A stretch of DNA of 63,249 nucleotides, counting the filler, from Octopus bimaculoides (taxonomy: Eukaryota), in assembly GCF_001194135.2 (NCBI RefSeq). It is 9 parts of 9 records of this genome, joined end to end, with 100 filler letters (N's around TTAATTAATTAA, not from the genome) between each part and the next. Parts side by side here need not be neighbours in the genome. Positions count along the whole stretch, not along the records: positions 59,218 to 62,013 come from NW_026411730.1; positions 62,114 to 63,249 come from NC_068999.1; 7 more parts are not named here. The stretch is one strand, 5' to 3'. The notes under the pieces are model-generated. The model made no database searches. It saw only the letters and a list, made by a program, of their open reading frames with translations, and was not told the DNA's origin. The position numbers and the translations under genes are program-made. Below are positions 60,875-63,249 of this stretch, piece after piece; within the stretch, counting starts at the first letter, position 1, and each line of letters begins with the position of its first letter.

Positions 60875-61090
60875 GATTTTATTAGCCACGGGGGCATAGA
60901 TGAGGGCGATAGTCTACAATTTGCGTGGAGGTTTTACCTAAAAGATGAGGAGAAAAAAATGTAAAAGATGGTGAAATGAGATAAAAGTACACATCGTAGA
61001 CAAAGTATGTGGTAACATGAATGATGCAATCCTCCTGATACAAGAGAAACTCCAACTCGGACAGATCAAGTAGTTCCATAGATCCAAGAT
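60875..61090 (-). mobile_element. Probable Tx1-type LINE 3' end
   Basis: (GAT)n TTTATTAGCCACGGGG start; reverse complement has LLDLSELEFLL, loosely like other Tx1 ends. Confidence 0.5.
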
Positions 61091-62257
61091 TACTTGGATT
61101 AGTAAAGGCANNNNNNNNNNNNNNNNNNNNNNNNNNNNNNNNNNNNNNNNNNNNNNNNNNNNNNNNNNNNNNNNNNNNNNNNNNNNNNNNNNNNNNNNNN
61201 NNNNNNNNNNNNNNNNNNNNNNNNNNNNNNNNNNNNNNNNNNNNNNNNNNNNNNNNNNNNNNNNNNNNNNNNNNNNNNNNNNNNNNNNNNNNNNNNNNNN
61301 NNNNNNNNNNNNNNNNNNNNNNNNNNNNNNNNNNNNNNNNNNNNNNNNNNNNNNNNNNNNNNNNNNNNNNNNNNNNNNNNNNNNNNNNNNNNNNNNNNNN
61401 NNNNNNNNNNNNNNNNNNNNNNNNNNNNNNNNNNNNNNNNNNNNNNNNNNNNNNNNNNNNNNNNNNNNNNNNNNNNNNNNNNNNNNNNNNNNNNNNNNNN
61501 NNNNNNNNNNNNNNNNNNNNNNNNNNNNNNNNNNNNNNNNNNNNNNNNNNNNNNNNNNNNNNNNNNNNNNNNNNNNNNNNNNNNNNNNNNNNNNNNNNNN
61601 NNNNNNNNNNNNNNNNNNNNNNNNNNNNNNNNNNNNNNNNNNNNNNNNNNNNNNNNNNNNNNNNNNNNNNNNNNNNNNNNNNNNNNNNNNNNNNNNNNNN
61701 NNNNNNNNNNNNNNNNNNNNNNNNNNNNNNNNNNNNNNNNNNNNNNNNNNNNNNNNNNNNNNNNNNNNNNNNNNNNNNNNNNNNNNNNNNNNNNNNNNNN
61801 NNNNNNNNNTGTGTGTGTGTGTGTGTGTGTGTGTGTTTTATATACACACCCATATATTATGTATGCGCATGTGTGAGTGTATGTATTGAAATATTATTAT
61901 GAGTCGAAATAATAATCGTAATAGAGGGGTTCAGGTGTCGGAGAAAACGGCTCACTCATTTTCGGAAGTTGATCCAGCATTACTGCAAAAAAACAAAAGT
62001 AAATATTTATATCNNNNNNNNNNNNNNNNNNNNNNNNNNNNNNNNNNNNNNNNNNNNTTAATTAATTAANNNNNNNNNNNNNNNNNNNNNNNNNNNNNNN
62101 NNNNNNNNNNNNNTCTCCCCACCCTCTCGGAAAAACTTTTCCCTACAAATTTCTTTATAATCGCAATCTGTGTCGTTTGAAAGGTATTATTTATATACCG
62201 TTCAGCTAAATTACGGTATGAGTACCATAATTGTCAAAATTAAGGTTTTATGTTTCT

Positions 62258-63140
62258 GAAGAAGATCGTCGCTTTCCGTAAAATTTTTATTTATTTTTTT
62301 TAAATATGTTGGGGGGGGGGTATCTTTTGAGGTTGGCGTAAAAGCGAAAAAGACGGAGGGAGAGAGCGATTGGATCGGGAAGTGCTTTTGAAGTTGGCGT
62401 GCCGCGCGCGTGTGTGTGTGTGTGTGTGTGTGTGTCACTGAAACCATTCATACGTACATACATAACCTCTCTCTCCTTTTCTCAGTCTGTCACTCACTAC
62501 AAAAAGTGAATAAAAACATTTCAGTTAACTCTCTTTCGGCCATACATAGATACATACATCTATGTATACATGCATACATACATAACCTGCGTGCGTGCGT
62601 GTATCACTGAAGCCATACATACATACATACATAACAACCTGCGTGCGTGTGTCACCGAAGCCATTCATACGTACATACACACATAGCTTGCGTGTGTGCG
62701 TCTGTGTGTGTGTGTCACTGAAGCCATTCATACATATATACATACATAACCTGCGTCCGTGTGTGTGTGTCACTGAAGCCATTCATACATACATACATAC
62801 ATAACCTCTCTCTCTCGCGTTTTGTCTGTCAATCACTCACACATTCACTCACTACAAAAAGTGAATAAAAAATTTCAGTTATCACTCTCTCACACACACA
62901 CCAGTAACATTACTCTCTCTGCAATTCACATACACACCACACTGTCTCGCACACCCCATCAAACACGCGCACGCGCACACATCAATTCTTCCGCTTCACG
63001 CCAACTTCAAAAGAACTTCCCTCATGCAATCGCGCTCTCTCTGTCTCTTTCGCTTTCACGCCGACTTCAAAAGATCCTCTTTCCTCCCAACTCCATATTA
63101 AAAAAATAAAAATTTTTTACGGACACCGACGATCATCTTC
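62258..63140. mobile_element. ~880-bp non-autonomous DNA element with ~145-bp TIRs and internal tandem repeats
   Basis: 62258-62401 versus 62997-63140 inverted; each arm has two CTTTTGA(A/G)GT(T/C)GGCGT units; interior repeats GTGTCACTGAAGCCAT(T)CATACATACAT about 5 times. Confidence 0.8.
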
Positions 63141-63249
63141 ACAAAAGTAAATAAACACACGTGGTTTATAAGTGATTTGTAAAGTGACAGTCGTGTGTTC
63201 CCATATCGAAAGATCGCCAAAATTTCATTAGAAGATATCCATTTTCCTA

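Noticed and set aside
60772-60879. Exact 49-bp direct repeat around a 10-N gap
   Set aside because: Typical unmerged contig overlap, an assembly artefact.
4184-61853. Many long ORFs in the supplied track made of X runs
   Set aside because: They are translations of N gaps, not coding evidence.

Overview
AT-rich, repeat-dense animal genomic DNA, most likely octopus/cephalopod (inferred from the SINE families, the RTE/Tx1/Dong LINE mix and microsatellite density; not verified). Eight identical 100-bp spacers (44 N + TTAATTAATTAA + 44 N) show the window is nine separately assembled pieces, so adjacency across them is not proven. Most interpretable sequence is decayed transposable elements: Tc1 and mariner DNA transposons, a Helitron, a hAT MITE, three other inverted-repeat elements, Penelope-like elements, RTE, Tx1/L1 and R4/Dong LINE fragments, and about 25 tRNA-derived SINE copies. 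Non-TE content is one tRNA-Ser(AGA) gene or pseudogene (53160-53241) and one 170-codon orphan ORF/exon on the minus strand (46022-46538). Most long ORFs in the supplied track are N-gap or microsatellite artefacts. I found no convincing novel multi-gene system. Best leads: the orphan exon, RTE elements ending in multiple C2H2 fingers, SINE tail-swapping with a Tx1-like 3' end, stereotyped retroelement stacks on trinucleotide repeats, a (TTAGGG)4 insertion in a Dong ORF, and a long hairpin just upstream of the tRNA. TE boundaries are approximate unless a TIR or TSD is quoted.
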